DNA of 62,215 bases, the filler included, from Dugesia japonica (taxonomy: Eukaryota): NCBI GenBank assembly GCA_001938525.1. It is 5 parts of 5 records of this genome, joined end to end, with 100 filler letters (N's around TTAATTAATTAA, not from the genome) between each part and the next. Parts side by side here need not be neighbours in the genome. Positions count along the whole stretch, not along the records: positions 1 to 12,996 come from MQRL01616252.1; positions 13,097 to 25,376 come from MQRL01641003.1; 3 more parts are not named here. One strand, given 5' to 3'. Positions 12,793 through 23,190 of this stretch are shown piece after piece. The notes beneath the pieces are model-generated. The model made no database searches. It was given only the letters and a program-made list of their open reading frames with translations, and had not been told where the DNA came from. A program made the translations under genes and the position numbers. Position 1 is the first letter of the stretch; the number at the start of each line of letters is the position of its first letter.

Positions 12793-12996
12793 AAATTAAA
12801 TTGTAATTTAATATAAAAATGGGCTGATTAATTTAAAATAAAAATTCAAAATCAAAAGTATCTCCCGCGGGAGACTACTTCTTTAATTTATTTATTATTT
12901 TCTGTTGATTTTCAATTTTTTCTTCAAGTTTCTTTAATAAATCATTTTCAATTTTAACTTCTTTAATTTTTTCATAGGAAATTAAATCTTTAACTT

Positions 12997-13096
12997 NNNN
13001 NNNNNNNNNNNNNNNNNNNNNNNNNNNNNNNNNNNNNNNNTTAATTAATTAANNNNNNNNNNNNNNNNNNNNNNNNNNNNNNNNNNNNNNNNNNNN
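12997..13096. other. Artificial contig linker (N44-TTAATTAATTAA-N44)
   Basis: Six-frame stop 12-mer at 13041-13052 flanked by exactly 44 N on each side; the same linker occurs four times. Confidence 0.97.
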
Positions 13097-13874
13097 AAAA
13101 TTTGATTGAAAATATTTTTTTTTTAATTATATTATTATTTTATAAAGTGATCATTTTAAAAATTTGATTGGAAATATTTTTTTGTTAATTATATTATTAT
13201 GATAATTTTTAAAATTTCTTGTTTTTCAATTTTTTAAATAATTTCGGTCAGAATTAAATGAAAATATTTAGCTTAAAACAACAAATTTTTAGTTTGTGTT
13301 TTTGTTTGTCTTGAATAAATCTTGGAATAAAAAGTGTTAATTTTTTAAATGCAAAGATGAATGTTAAAGATTCATCTAACAACCTAAATTATTGAACTCT
13401 AAAAGTGAATTCCCGAGATTGCTTATTTATTATCTATTTATTTGGTTATCTATCCGACGGTGAATTCAGCGACAGCGAATTTGTAACTTTATTTTTGTGG
13501 AATTCTAATCTGGGAGTAATACTAACGATTTCTGTCGGTAATTTGTTATTATAAATATTATCTGAGTTGGCTTTGCGATTAATTTGTACTGGCACGTTAG
13601 TATTTTGATTCTTATCAATTTCGTTGTAATTTATTGTTGTTATTATTATTAAATATTACTAATTTATTAAATGCAGTAAATCATCATATAAAAATACAGT
13701 TAATCATAAAGTAATTACATTGGTAACATAATTAGTTATTATTTTGACTTTATCGTTATATCATTTCCACGATTCCCAATCCGTTTGACATGAACCACAA
13801 AGGTTTTGTCATGATTTCTTTAATTGGATGTCCAAAGGTGTTTGAGTGTTTAATATAATTCTTGGAAAGTAAAC

Positions 13875-14115
13875 ATATTTTACTATTGGTAATTAATTAA
13901 AAATCAGGTTTGGCAGAAAAGAATATTGTATTTAGCCCTCGAGACATTCGCGTATCAATCGGTTAGTGTTTTAAGAGAAATATATCCGCGATAAACATNA
14001 CCACTGAAATTAATGGTGTTGTGGGGACAAATACGGTGACGTACTCCTCCGTTACCAATTTGTTTCGTAACTTTCAATAGGGCAGAACATCCTTTGATCA
14101 GGATGGACTCGTGGA
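13875..14115 (+). mobile_element. Mariner transposase N-terminal (HTH) fragment
   Basis: DIRVSIG*CFKRNISAINxTTEINGVVGTNTVTYSSVTNLFRNFQ*GRTSFDQD matches the mariner HTH pattern. Confidence 0.7.
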
Positions 14116-15086
14116 TCATTTTGAATTATAGTGTATTTGAGTTTTGGGAGATTACTTTCAGGAATTTTGTGAAACTTTGCAATTATTAAATAAATATTTG
14201 TTCAATAGTAGATGGATAGTGGCGCACCGTACCACCCCCCGCCTTACGTGATCAATATACAATGGGGACGAATTGTATAAAGCTTGTTAGGTAATGAATT
14301 AAATCCAACTACGTTATGCATATCTAATTACATCACAACCCATGATTACGTCATAATTGTATAATGATTGTGTAATATGTAAAAAGCACGCCATAAAACT
14401 ATTTATTTCACAGTTACGTCATTAATTATGTAATTACAATTAGAAATTTCATTTTTTCACGGAAATTCGGCACAAAGACAAATTTATGTTTAAATTAATC
14501 AAATTTTTAAAAAATTTTCAAAGTAATTTTTATTTTCTTAACACGATTTTATTTATACAAACTTTCTGAGAATTTCTTCGGGGTAAATTTTAATTATATT
14601 TCTATTTTTCCGTAACAAAATTTTACTCAAATTTTATCATTAGAGCATCGATTAAAAAGAGAATTTTACGATGATAATGACTAGCATAGTTAAAAATCAC
14701 CAAATCTTGTCATTGATGAAATAAAATGAAAAAACAATAATACGCACAAAGTGTGTATAGAAGAAATTTAAAAATCAAAAGCTTAATCTAAAGATGGAAA
14801 ATCTAGAATGTTTTTGGTAATTCTTTCGCAGAAAAAACTAAAGTTTTTACTAAAATAATCATATTGGAAAATGTTCATAAAAACTGAAATAAAATAATAT
14901 TTATAATTATAATTAAAATAACTAAAATGAACATAAGTTTTATTTAGGTTACAAAAAATTTCATACGTTAAATACTTCATATAAAATTATTTTTTTATTT
15001 ATTAATAACTAAAAAATACGTAAAATAATATTTAAAAACTGAAAATCAATAAATATTGTACGAATGAGATTAAAATTATAAGTTAC

Positions 15087-15510
15087 CATTAGTTGATAAT
15101 AGAAATCTTGCGTCATTTGCTTGAGGTAACCACTTAATTTTGTTTATCTTTTCTTCAATTTCTAATGACTTTAAATAATCAAATTCAGGTTCATGACTTG
15201 TGAAAGTACAATGAACTATGTAATCAACTAAACGACCATCTGTCTAAAATAAATAACAATCTAGCAATTTTCATCTTTACTCAAAAATTTTAATGCTAAT
15301 TACATTATGATTTCGCTTAAAAACAACAACCCTGCCACCTTTATCACCAGTGGCTACAAACTCTCCAGTGTGATCAAACTCCAGACAAGAAATTATATCA
15401 GCTAGATTAGAAAATATTTTTTAATTTTCTTTATTTACCTAAATGAATAAACCTTCATTTATTTCTTCATCTGAAGTTCCTTTCATTTGAGAGAAATACC
15501 AATCCATTGT
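15087..15510 (-). CDS. PPP2R2: Protein phosphatase 2A regulatory subunit B55 (twins/sur-6/Cdc55 family), first three coding exons
   Basis: Exons 15510-15453, 15401-15304 and 15243-15087 joined by 51- and 60-nt GT-AG introns give [48 protein letters not shown]...[40 protein letters not shown]. Remaining exons not found before the contig end. Confidence 0.96.
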
Positions 15511-17039
15511 CTAAAATTAAAAATTTAAGATAATACTGAAGCCTTTAAAAATAAAAATACAAAATATATTAACTAAAATGATTATGTAATAGTGTATAAA
15601 TTATTTGTAAATCTAGTTTATACAAAGTTAATATTCAGAAGTTGGTTAACTAAAGTAATTTATAAAATCTTATATTTGTCAAGCATAATTTAAATAAGAT
15701 AAACAAAAATGTAAGTTGAATTCATTTCAATTTAGAAATTTTATGGAAACCATTTTAAAAATATCATTTAAGAAATATTGAAGGAAAAACGGTAAAAAAT
15801 GTTTATTTTAGTTTGTGTGGAAATCATATTGCGATTCAATGTGAAAAAAATAAATAAAATTATTAAATATGTATTAAACGTGAAGTATTGTAAATACTAA
15901 ATACCAGAGGTGGCAAACCTTCTTTATATAGTGAATAAATTTTTGTAAAAAGTTTACATTGAAATTTCTTATAAGCAAAGTGATACATGTTTATATATCC
16001 ATTAAGCGAATAACTCAAAGAATAATAAACTTGATTATGGTGGAATGTTTGTAAAAATTATTGTAATATGACCAAATTATTTAAATTAAAAATTTCTCCT
16101 AGACATGCATCATTTAAGAATTACTCTTACAGACCAAAAACTATATTATATCTTAATTCATTCTTTGAACTTTAGAATTCTTGGGCCTGAGAATATTATA
16201 AAACAAATAGATAATTTATATTATGAATTAAATGTTTTTGGAAATTTAGTTTTCATTAAAAAATCTCGCTTCTTAATTTCATTATTTAGTTTATTTTTAG
16301 AAGTATGCATTTATGAAAAGTTATATTTGATATAATAGTTATCATACTTTGTTTTGTAATAATTCCTTAATCTAAAATATAATCTAATATTTTCATTATT
16401 TCTCTAAAAACATTGTGTTGTTAATTTAGCAGCAACCAATTTTCTAAAATTGACAATTAAATCAATGATAATATTAAATCTGTGACCTTTCTTTTGTACA
16501 AAAACATAGTGACATTTTCAATGGAATACATTTGAAAAGAGAATTGATATTTAATGAATTCACTTAATCTCTCAATAATAAGACATTATACCAGAAGTAC
16601 GCAACCTGCCATGGAAAAGTTCGATGTTGTGTTTAAATCTATAGTCATCAAATATGATACAAACAAGCTATACAAAGTTTATAATTTAGCTTATTACCAA
16701 AATCAAGCATTCATTGATTTGCGTGCTAAGCTTAAATAAAAAAATATTATTTATAATAAAATTTAATTATTTGTGTTGGGACAGAATCCACCAAAAATAT
16801 TCATTGAAAAAGTAAAAGGGGTGAAATCATTAGAAAATTAGGCTATAATATTCGAAAAACAAGAAATACGAACTGGAAATAAATTGCAAACAATATAAAC
16901 GAATTATATTAAAATGAAAATTGATAATAAATAAATAATAGATATTACGATNNNNNNNNNNNNNNNNNNNNNNNNNCAGATGATTTACGAACGATAAAAA
17001 TAATAATCAACTTATTAAACGAATTAATAATTAAAAAAA

Positions 17040-18980
17040 TGTGTTGGGGTTCCACCTGAGGTTATATCGAAAAGAAAAAGCTGGCTGGGGAAAACGGCTC
17101 TCAGGGGATCCCTCTCAAGAATTTAATCTAACGCCCTTAAGTTAGATCTTCGGTGTAGAGCGGTTGACCTTCGACCTTTACGGGAGGTTCACACTCGTAC
17201 ACCTTTAATTCGGGTTCTTTATTTTCCCTATTATGTTATTTACAAAATCAATTAATAAATCGTTAAAACTAATTTATATTTTATAACATACTACAAGAGA
17301 TCAATAGCATCCGGGTCTAACTACTGGGTGTGATCGTCATCTGAAAAATTAAACGCAGCTTCGTCGCCATTGTCGTTCCTTTGTACCCAGGACGGATTAC
17401 TAAGCTGACGAGATAAATCTGCCATGTACCTTTTCAAAAAATCAATTTTATTTTGAAGGAGCTGTTTCGATTGTTCGGCTAGATCTCCCTGTTTCCTAAC
17501 GATGAGATCTAGTTTTTTTATAAGCCTATTTCGTTGTGTGAGATGTTTCATTAACTCTCGCTCAGATCGGCGTTTAAGATGACGCTCGAATAATAATCGT
17601 CTGATAATCCGGTGACATTCTTTAGACTTTTGGGAAAGTTATTCGTGGCACTAAATATGATGATATTAATCTATTATTTTTTTACTTAAAGTAATATATT
17701 GAATATAAACGCAAGAGTCATCTGAAAAATTTAGTCGAAAAATTATTTATTAAAGAAATGAACCAAGTTTACGGCCGTGATGCCTGGTTCACCAACCGGT
17801 TTATTCTCTAGGTTGTGAAGGAACCGGATAATTTCTGCGTGAGACTCTACTTGAGCCTTCCATGCTCTCTCTTGAGTATGTGATGCCTTGGCTTCAGTCT
17901 TAAAGGCCACACATTTCTTTTTGTATCTTTTGACCTTGTTTTTGGCGTTCGCAGTGTCAGCCTACCAGGGACTTTGGCAAGCTTATAAACGTCCCAGGTC
18001 ATTTCTAAGTCCTCATTAGACTCACGGATTTTCTTAGTCGGGGCAGCTGCGCGATTTAAGGAGGAATGCACTAAAATATAGAACATTAAACGAAGTCTAC
18101 AGAAACCAAATAAAAGAAGTGATGCAGTGCATAAAACACATATTCACATACAGTGAACCCTTCCAACCTCACTGATCATAAAAAAATATTTCTTTTTTAA
18201 AGAATTAACTTAACTGAGAAAGAAAATTGAACTAAACGGATTTCTTATTAAGCCTTAAAAAACTATTTATTCAGATTACAGTGAAACCACAATTGACTTC
18301 GACAATTACTGGTCAGTCTCCGTGTTGACTATTGGTTCTCTATTTGCCGAGTTTTCTGCACCCATGGGTTCCCTAATACCCCAGAGTAAGTTCGTAATAA
18401 AAGCTTGTACTGCTGGGGGTGGGACTGAAGGTTGATAGCGGAATAGAGTTACATGATTACGCTCCGGTCCAGTCCAATTCTGGTAATTCTGACGTTACCC
18501 GAAATTCTGGATACGTGCCACCATAGCCTCTACTGGAGGTAGATTTGACTGGTCCGAAAGAATGCTCGCGTCTCGATTGTACCGATTTGTATGTCGCCAA
18601 AAATCATACGACTTGTCCGTCGGTCGCTAACTCTTTCCCATATGACATTCACTAAAATTTTATATAAACAGAAGATAATTCAAAGGCTCACAAGTTATCA
18701 AAAATTAGAATTAAAATAGAGTCATAAAATTATATTTTAGTTCCTTTAAAAAATAAAACAAATGCGATGGTACGTCACCATGTGGGATCTAGGTCTCCAT
18801 CAACTTGCTAATCAAATGGGAACATCTCAGAGAGACACTGTAAATCGGTCTCGTCCGGATGTTCTACCAGCTCGGGGAATAAAAGGGGTCCGATCAATTG
18901 CCTCAACCGAGAGGCTTTACGTTCTTTACGAATTTTGAATAGCATGGTATTCAGCTCAGTAGTCATATCCTAAATAATTT
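17040..18980 (-). other. Array of four GC-richer mini-ORF cassettes, each preceded by a TTTAG splice acceptor, followed by a structured LTR-like end; probably retroelement accessory exons
   Basis: Acceptors at about 18970, 18652, 18071 and 17651; frames of about 60-115 codons with few stops; AT-rich spacers; minus-strand AATAAA at 17223-17218 and ...CCCCAACA end at 17042. Confidence 0.45.
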
Positions 18981-21307
18981 TAAATTTTAAAACCGTCATT
19001 AATTGAATGCGCCTACAAAATGAGCCTCTAGATTTCAAGTACACTGGATCTTAACCACAACTGCCAACTTAAAATTCTCTTGAGCTGCAATTAAAATAAA
19101 TGTCCACAATACTGGTTAGTAACTGCGGAAAATAATAATGATGGCCTGACAAAAATGGTGACATTAATACTAATAATCAAGATGCTAATCGTTTTACTAA
19201 TATTAATAATAGTAATACCAATGGTATTAATAATGGAAATCGACATAAAGATATTAATAATTATAATGATATTGTTAATGTTAATAATAATGGAATGCAT
19301 AATAATATCATTTTAAGAATCATGATAACGTAAATAGGATGGTAATCCCTGCTCACATGAATAAAACAAATGATAGTTATAATTATCTACTACTTTAAAG
19401 TGAATGCAACACAGAATGCTCACGGACAAAATTCATAGTATTTGTGTTTCTAGTAACGACCTTAATTAGCAGTGTAATCAAAGAGATGAATGCCACTTTT
19501 ACACGAATATGATAAATAATGCTTCGCATACAAAATATTACCTAATAATTTCATCAATCATTAACCGCGTTTGTGTGTTCATTTACTACATTTCTACTCG
19601 GTGGTTGTGCATTCCATTACAGTGAGTCAGTAGTGAAGTGAACTTTTGTTTTACGTGTTAAAACTTCTGACACACCTACTGGTGAGAAGGTGAATATTAA
19701 CTTATTACTGCTCACATGGGGAACTGATTTGCTTGAATTAGTTACTGAGCTAGATTAGCAGGGAAAACGATTGAGAATAAAAGTGTGTTTTTTCAATCGA
19801 GTTTATCAATAGATGGCAGTTAGTATGTGCCAACCCATTTTCTAAGACTATCTGATCAATCATGAGAAAAGTTTCCATTACGTTTGCTGGCGTGTGAGTG
19901 TATCGTGAACTTTTGTGGTGACGATATGTGAGTTGATCTTTACTATCAAGACACGGGTTATATATTGTCTGGCTGCAGACAACAGCTAATTTTGGGTGAG
20001 ATCGTTTTTCTGACCAGATCATGATTGTCTAATAATTTAAATGGAAAAAGGAATTTCTATTCAGGTTTAGGTCTAAAATTTAGCAGATGTTAGCATATAT
20101 ATATATGCAGAATAAATTAACTTTAATTTTTTTCCCCACTTCTTCCTTATTGGGTGTTTATTTTTAGTTCAAATCTTGGGTTTCTGATTGGGTTTTATGT
20201 CAATTTTTAGATAATTTCTGCAATTTTCTGCGCTTCCATTGGCAGCTATTTTTGGAGTGCCATGTGATCAGCTTATCTTTGTTTAATTTTTATTTTCAGA
20301 TCGCCTACTGGTCCAATCTTTGACCCTTCGTAAAAATCCTCCTGATTGTGCTACAATTTTCTGGATACAAAATCCCAATGATCTGATACCTTTCCTGTTC
20401 AGTTTTTCTTAGTGCCAGCTTCTACTATTTTCCCGAACAAAGTTATTCGCAAAAAACGGATTTTTACTTAATTTAGATTTATTTTCCGTTAAAATTTAAT
20501 TAATAATTCTTCATTAATTAATTCTTCTTCAAAATTAATTTTCTTGTATTTAATAATTTTTCTTAATTATTGTTTTGATGGGGGTTACATTTGTCCATTA
20601 AGGATCTCCATACTCATTTGTCTTCAATTTCGGGATATGTTAACCGTTATTTTGATCACTTGTTGCCCTGAAAGTTTATTGTACTTTTCTCTACCACGGA
20701 CTTCTTTTTTGATCTACCTTTCTTTGTTTGTTTATGTTTTGAGCCCTTCGCCTCAATTTTCTTCCACCATTGGGTGTTTTACAAATGTGTAAAAAACGAT
20801 GGCAAATGTTTAATAAAAAAATAAATAACACCATTTAAAATAAAACTTTATTGTTATATTTTTTGGCGGATCAACCGTCATCATTAGGCAAAAATGAAAA
20901 AATGAGCTTTATCACTCTTTATTATTTAAACAAAGATTAATGCAATTATACGGAATATAAGACGACTATAATTCTTAATTTTTTAAAAATTCTTCAATAA
21001 AAAAATTAATTTATATTCTTATAAAAAATTTTTTCTTTAATAATATTTTATTAAAATTACTGTTACCTATAAAATCAAAGACGTTTTTCAAAAATATTTA
21101 AAATTTTTATAATTAAATCAATAGATTTTGACATAATAAAAATGAAATGCAATAAATCCAAATAATTTATAATAATTTTATTTTGAATTTAATTTTCTGT
21201 GTAATTTGTAAACATTTCAAGCAGTTTTTAATTTTTGTGACGCGAGATTTCTAACAAGGAAGTCGCCATTTTTCGGCCATTTTGTTTTGGTAATTTCAAA
21301 AAATTTT

Positions 21308-21505
21308 ATTAAAATAAGAAAAGGCTTCGATCAAAATAAAATTTATTTGTATAAAGGTTCAAATTTTCGACAAGACTATTGTAGAAAATGTGAACCTTTT
21401 TACAAATAAATTTTATTTTGATCGAAGCCTTTTCTTATTTTAATGAAATCTCAAATGCGATCAATGGTTAAGTCCAACAATTATTCTCACAATAATTGTA
21501 ATTAT
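21308..21505 (+). repeat. Fold-back (palindromic) repeat, Penelope-like terminal repeat family
   Basis: Inverted arms about 21308-21361 / 21391-21444 plus tail GATCAATGGTTAAGTCCAACAATTATTCTC shared with the copies at 28008 and 52441. Confidence 0.75.
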
Positions 21506-21578
21506 CAAAAAATTTTGTTATTTTAAAAATTTATCCTCTTGATCTCGGTAAATTTAAGACATTATTGTATCCCAATTT

Positions 21579-21800
21579 AATGAGATGATATTACTATCGC
21601 AGTTAATAAACCGAAAATAATTCATGGAAATTTATGAGATGATATTAATATCGAAGTTATTAAATCGAAATTATTTTGTGCAATTCAATGAGATGGTGTT
21701 ACTATCGCAATTAATAAACCTAAAATATTCTATGAAATTTAAAGAGATTATATTGCTATCAGAGTTGGTAAACAAAAAATATTTTTTGTGATGAGCTGTT
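21579..21800. repeat. 54-bp (18-codon) degenerate tandem repeat, about 4 units
   Basis: TGAGATGAT-like starts at 21581, 21635, 21689 and 21743; minus frame reads e.g. LNFIEYFRFINCDSNTIS with occasional stops. Confidence 0.75.
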
Positions 21801-22708
21801 ATCACTATTGAAGTCAATATGCTGTAAAGAATTCATGCAACTATGGCAGTTATAACTTAAAATTTCTTTAGGTAATTCAATGTGAAAGTACATTTGGTGA
21901 GGTTAATGGAATGAAATATGTTAAGTCTATTGTTTGGGAAGACAAAATTTTGACAAAACTGTTATTACAGTTGATGATCTGATGGCTGAATTGATTCAAA
22001 TGTTATTACAAATAATGAACTGTAATGAAATGTATTGAACCTCAAATGGACTCAAACGTTTATTACACCGAATGGTATGAATATTTAATGCCAATTACAT
22101 CAGAAGTTTAGGTGAACTCAGAGATAAGTTAATCCTAATGTTATGATAGTCAATGAGAATACATCAATAAATTGCCGGTTGGGGTAAATGTGATACACGA
22201 GAAAACTTTTAACGAAAAATGCTCCATCCGGTACGATGAACGTAATTATTAACAATTAACACTTTATGATTGTTTCATTGTAAATAAAATTTACAGAAAA
22301 TAAACCTCGTGTTGATTTCTTGATGAATATGTGAAATAGGAGAGCTTCTGCCGTCACAATCAATCTGGAGCTTATATTGCTCGCAATAAAAGAACCCACA
22401 TGTAATCGGTGCATGCCTTGATGAGTCATTGACGCTGCTGAAAATCCGGTCTGTGGTTGATTACACTTAGACCAACCGTAAATCTAAAATACAACCACTC
22501 ATACCCCAACATTTGTATTTAAATATTTATTAAATAGGATTATAATTAATTTTTATAAGATATCAAGAAGTTCGGTTTATATTTGAAAAACATTGCTCTT
22601 GTCATGTAGCCGCTATAAAATAAACATTTTGTTGTGCGCCCGTCGATAAACAAAAGGTTGCACACTCCTGTATTATGCCAAGCAATATGCATTGTCAATT
22701 TAAATTAT

Positions 22709-23190
22709 TTATACTAAAATTTTTATTGATGTGGATTTTAATTTTTTGATCTGGTATAAATAATATTTTAATTCTATGATCCATTTTAGAAAAGTCTGTT
22801 GGCATTTATATTTTGATGCTGGCATGACATGGTATTCAACAAAAGTAAAATTGATACATTCTCGTTTGTACAATGAAACTAATGCAAAAGACATTAATTG
22901 TATTGAAGAAGTGTGATTATCTCAGTGATAACACTACTGATAAAAGTTCATAAATGCCTGTTGTTGATTTTAGTCTTATCTATAACTTTCAGTAATTCTA
23001 ATAATGTGATAGTTCGCCCAATTGAATTTGCGTTGTTAATCTGTAATCGGTCATTACAGTCGGTTTCACTTTTGATCTCGACAACTCTATTATATTTCGT
23101 TATTTTAAAATATTTAATGCACAACTGATAAAATTTGCTATATTTCATATAACTGCATGCGAATATGGAAATTTTAAATGGCAACGCCAT
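22709..23190 (-). pseudogene. Intronless decayed gene of unknown (virus/Polinton-like) origin
   Basis: Consecutive ORFs 23190-22948 and 22894-22709 appear to be one gene broken by a stop and a frameshift; no recognisable family. Confidence 0.3.

Larger units (their letters stand above)
4288..12880. mobile_element. Polinton/Maverick (adintovirus-like) endogenous element, decayed and truncated
   Basis: Co-located major capsid, penton, rve integrase and protein-primed PolB genes; right end reads ...GGGAGACTACT, resembling AGTAGT/ACTACT Polinton termini. No packaging ATPase or adenain protease seen in the window. Confidence 0.9.

Noticed and set aside
13041-13052. Recurring TTAATTAATTAA palindrome (also 25421, 40314, 51442) as a biological motif
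   Set aside because: Always centred in exactly 44+44 N: a six-frame-stop assembly linker. Gene neighbourhoods across these points are meaningless.
17321-18980. Alternative genetic code (in-frame TAA/TAG read as Gln) in cassettes and TEs
   Set aside because: Host exons have no in-frame stops and CNOT10 ends in TAA; the stops co-occur with frameshifts, indicating decay.
19091-19300. Ile-rich membrane protein ORF
   Set aside because: Low-complexity AAT-rich sequence; the complementary frame is Asn-rich; no family support.
17042-20589. A single 3.5-kb solo LTR bounded by TGTTGGGG and GGGGTTACA
   Set aside because: No matching target-site duplication at the two ends; cannot be supported from this copy.
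21579-21800. TGA recoding (TGA at the same position of each 54-bp unit on +), or CRISPR array
   Set aside because: The TGA is the antisense of a conserved TCA (Ser) in the minus frame, and whole units are homologous rather than repeat plus spacer.
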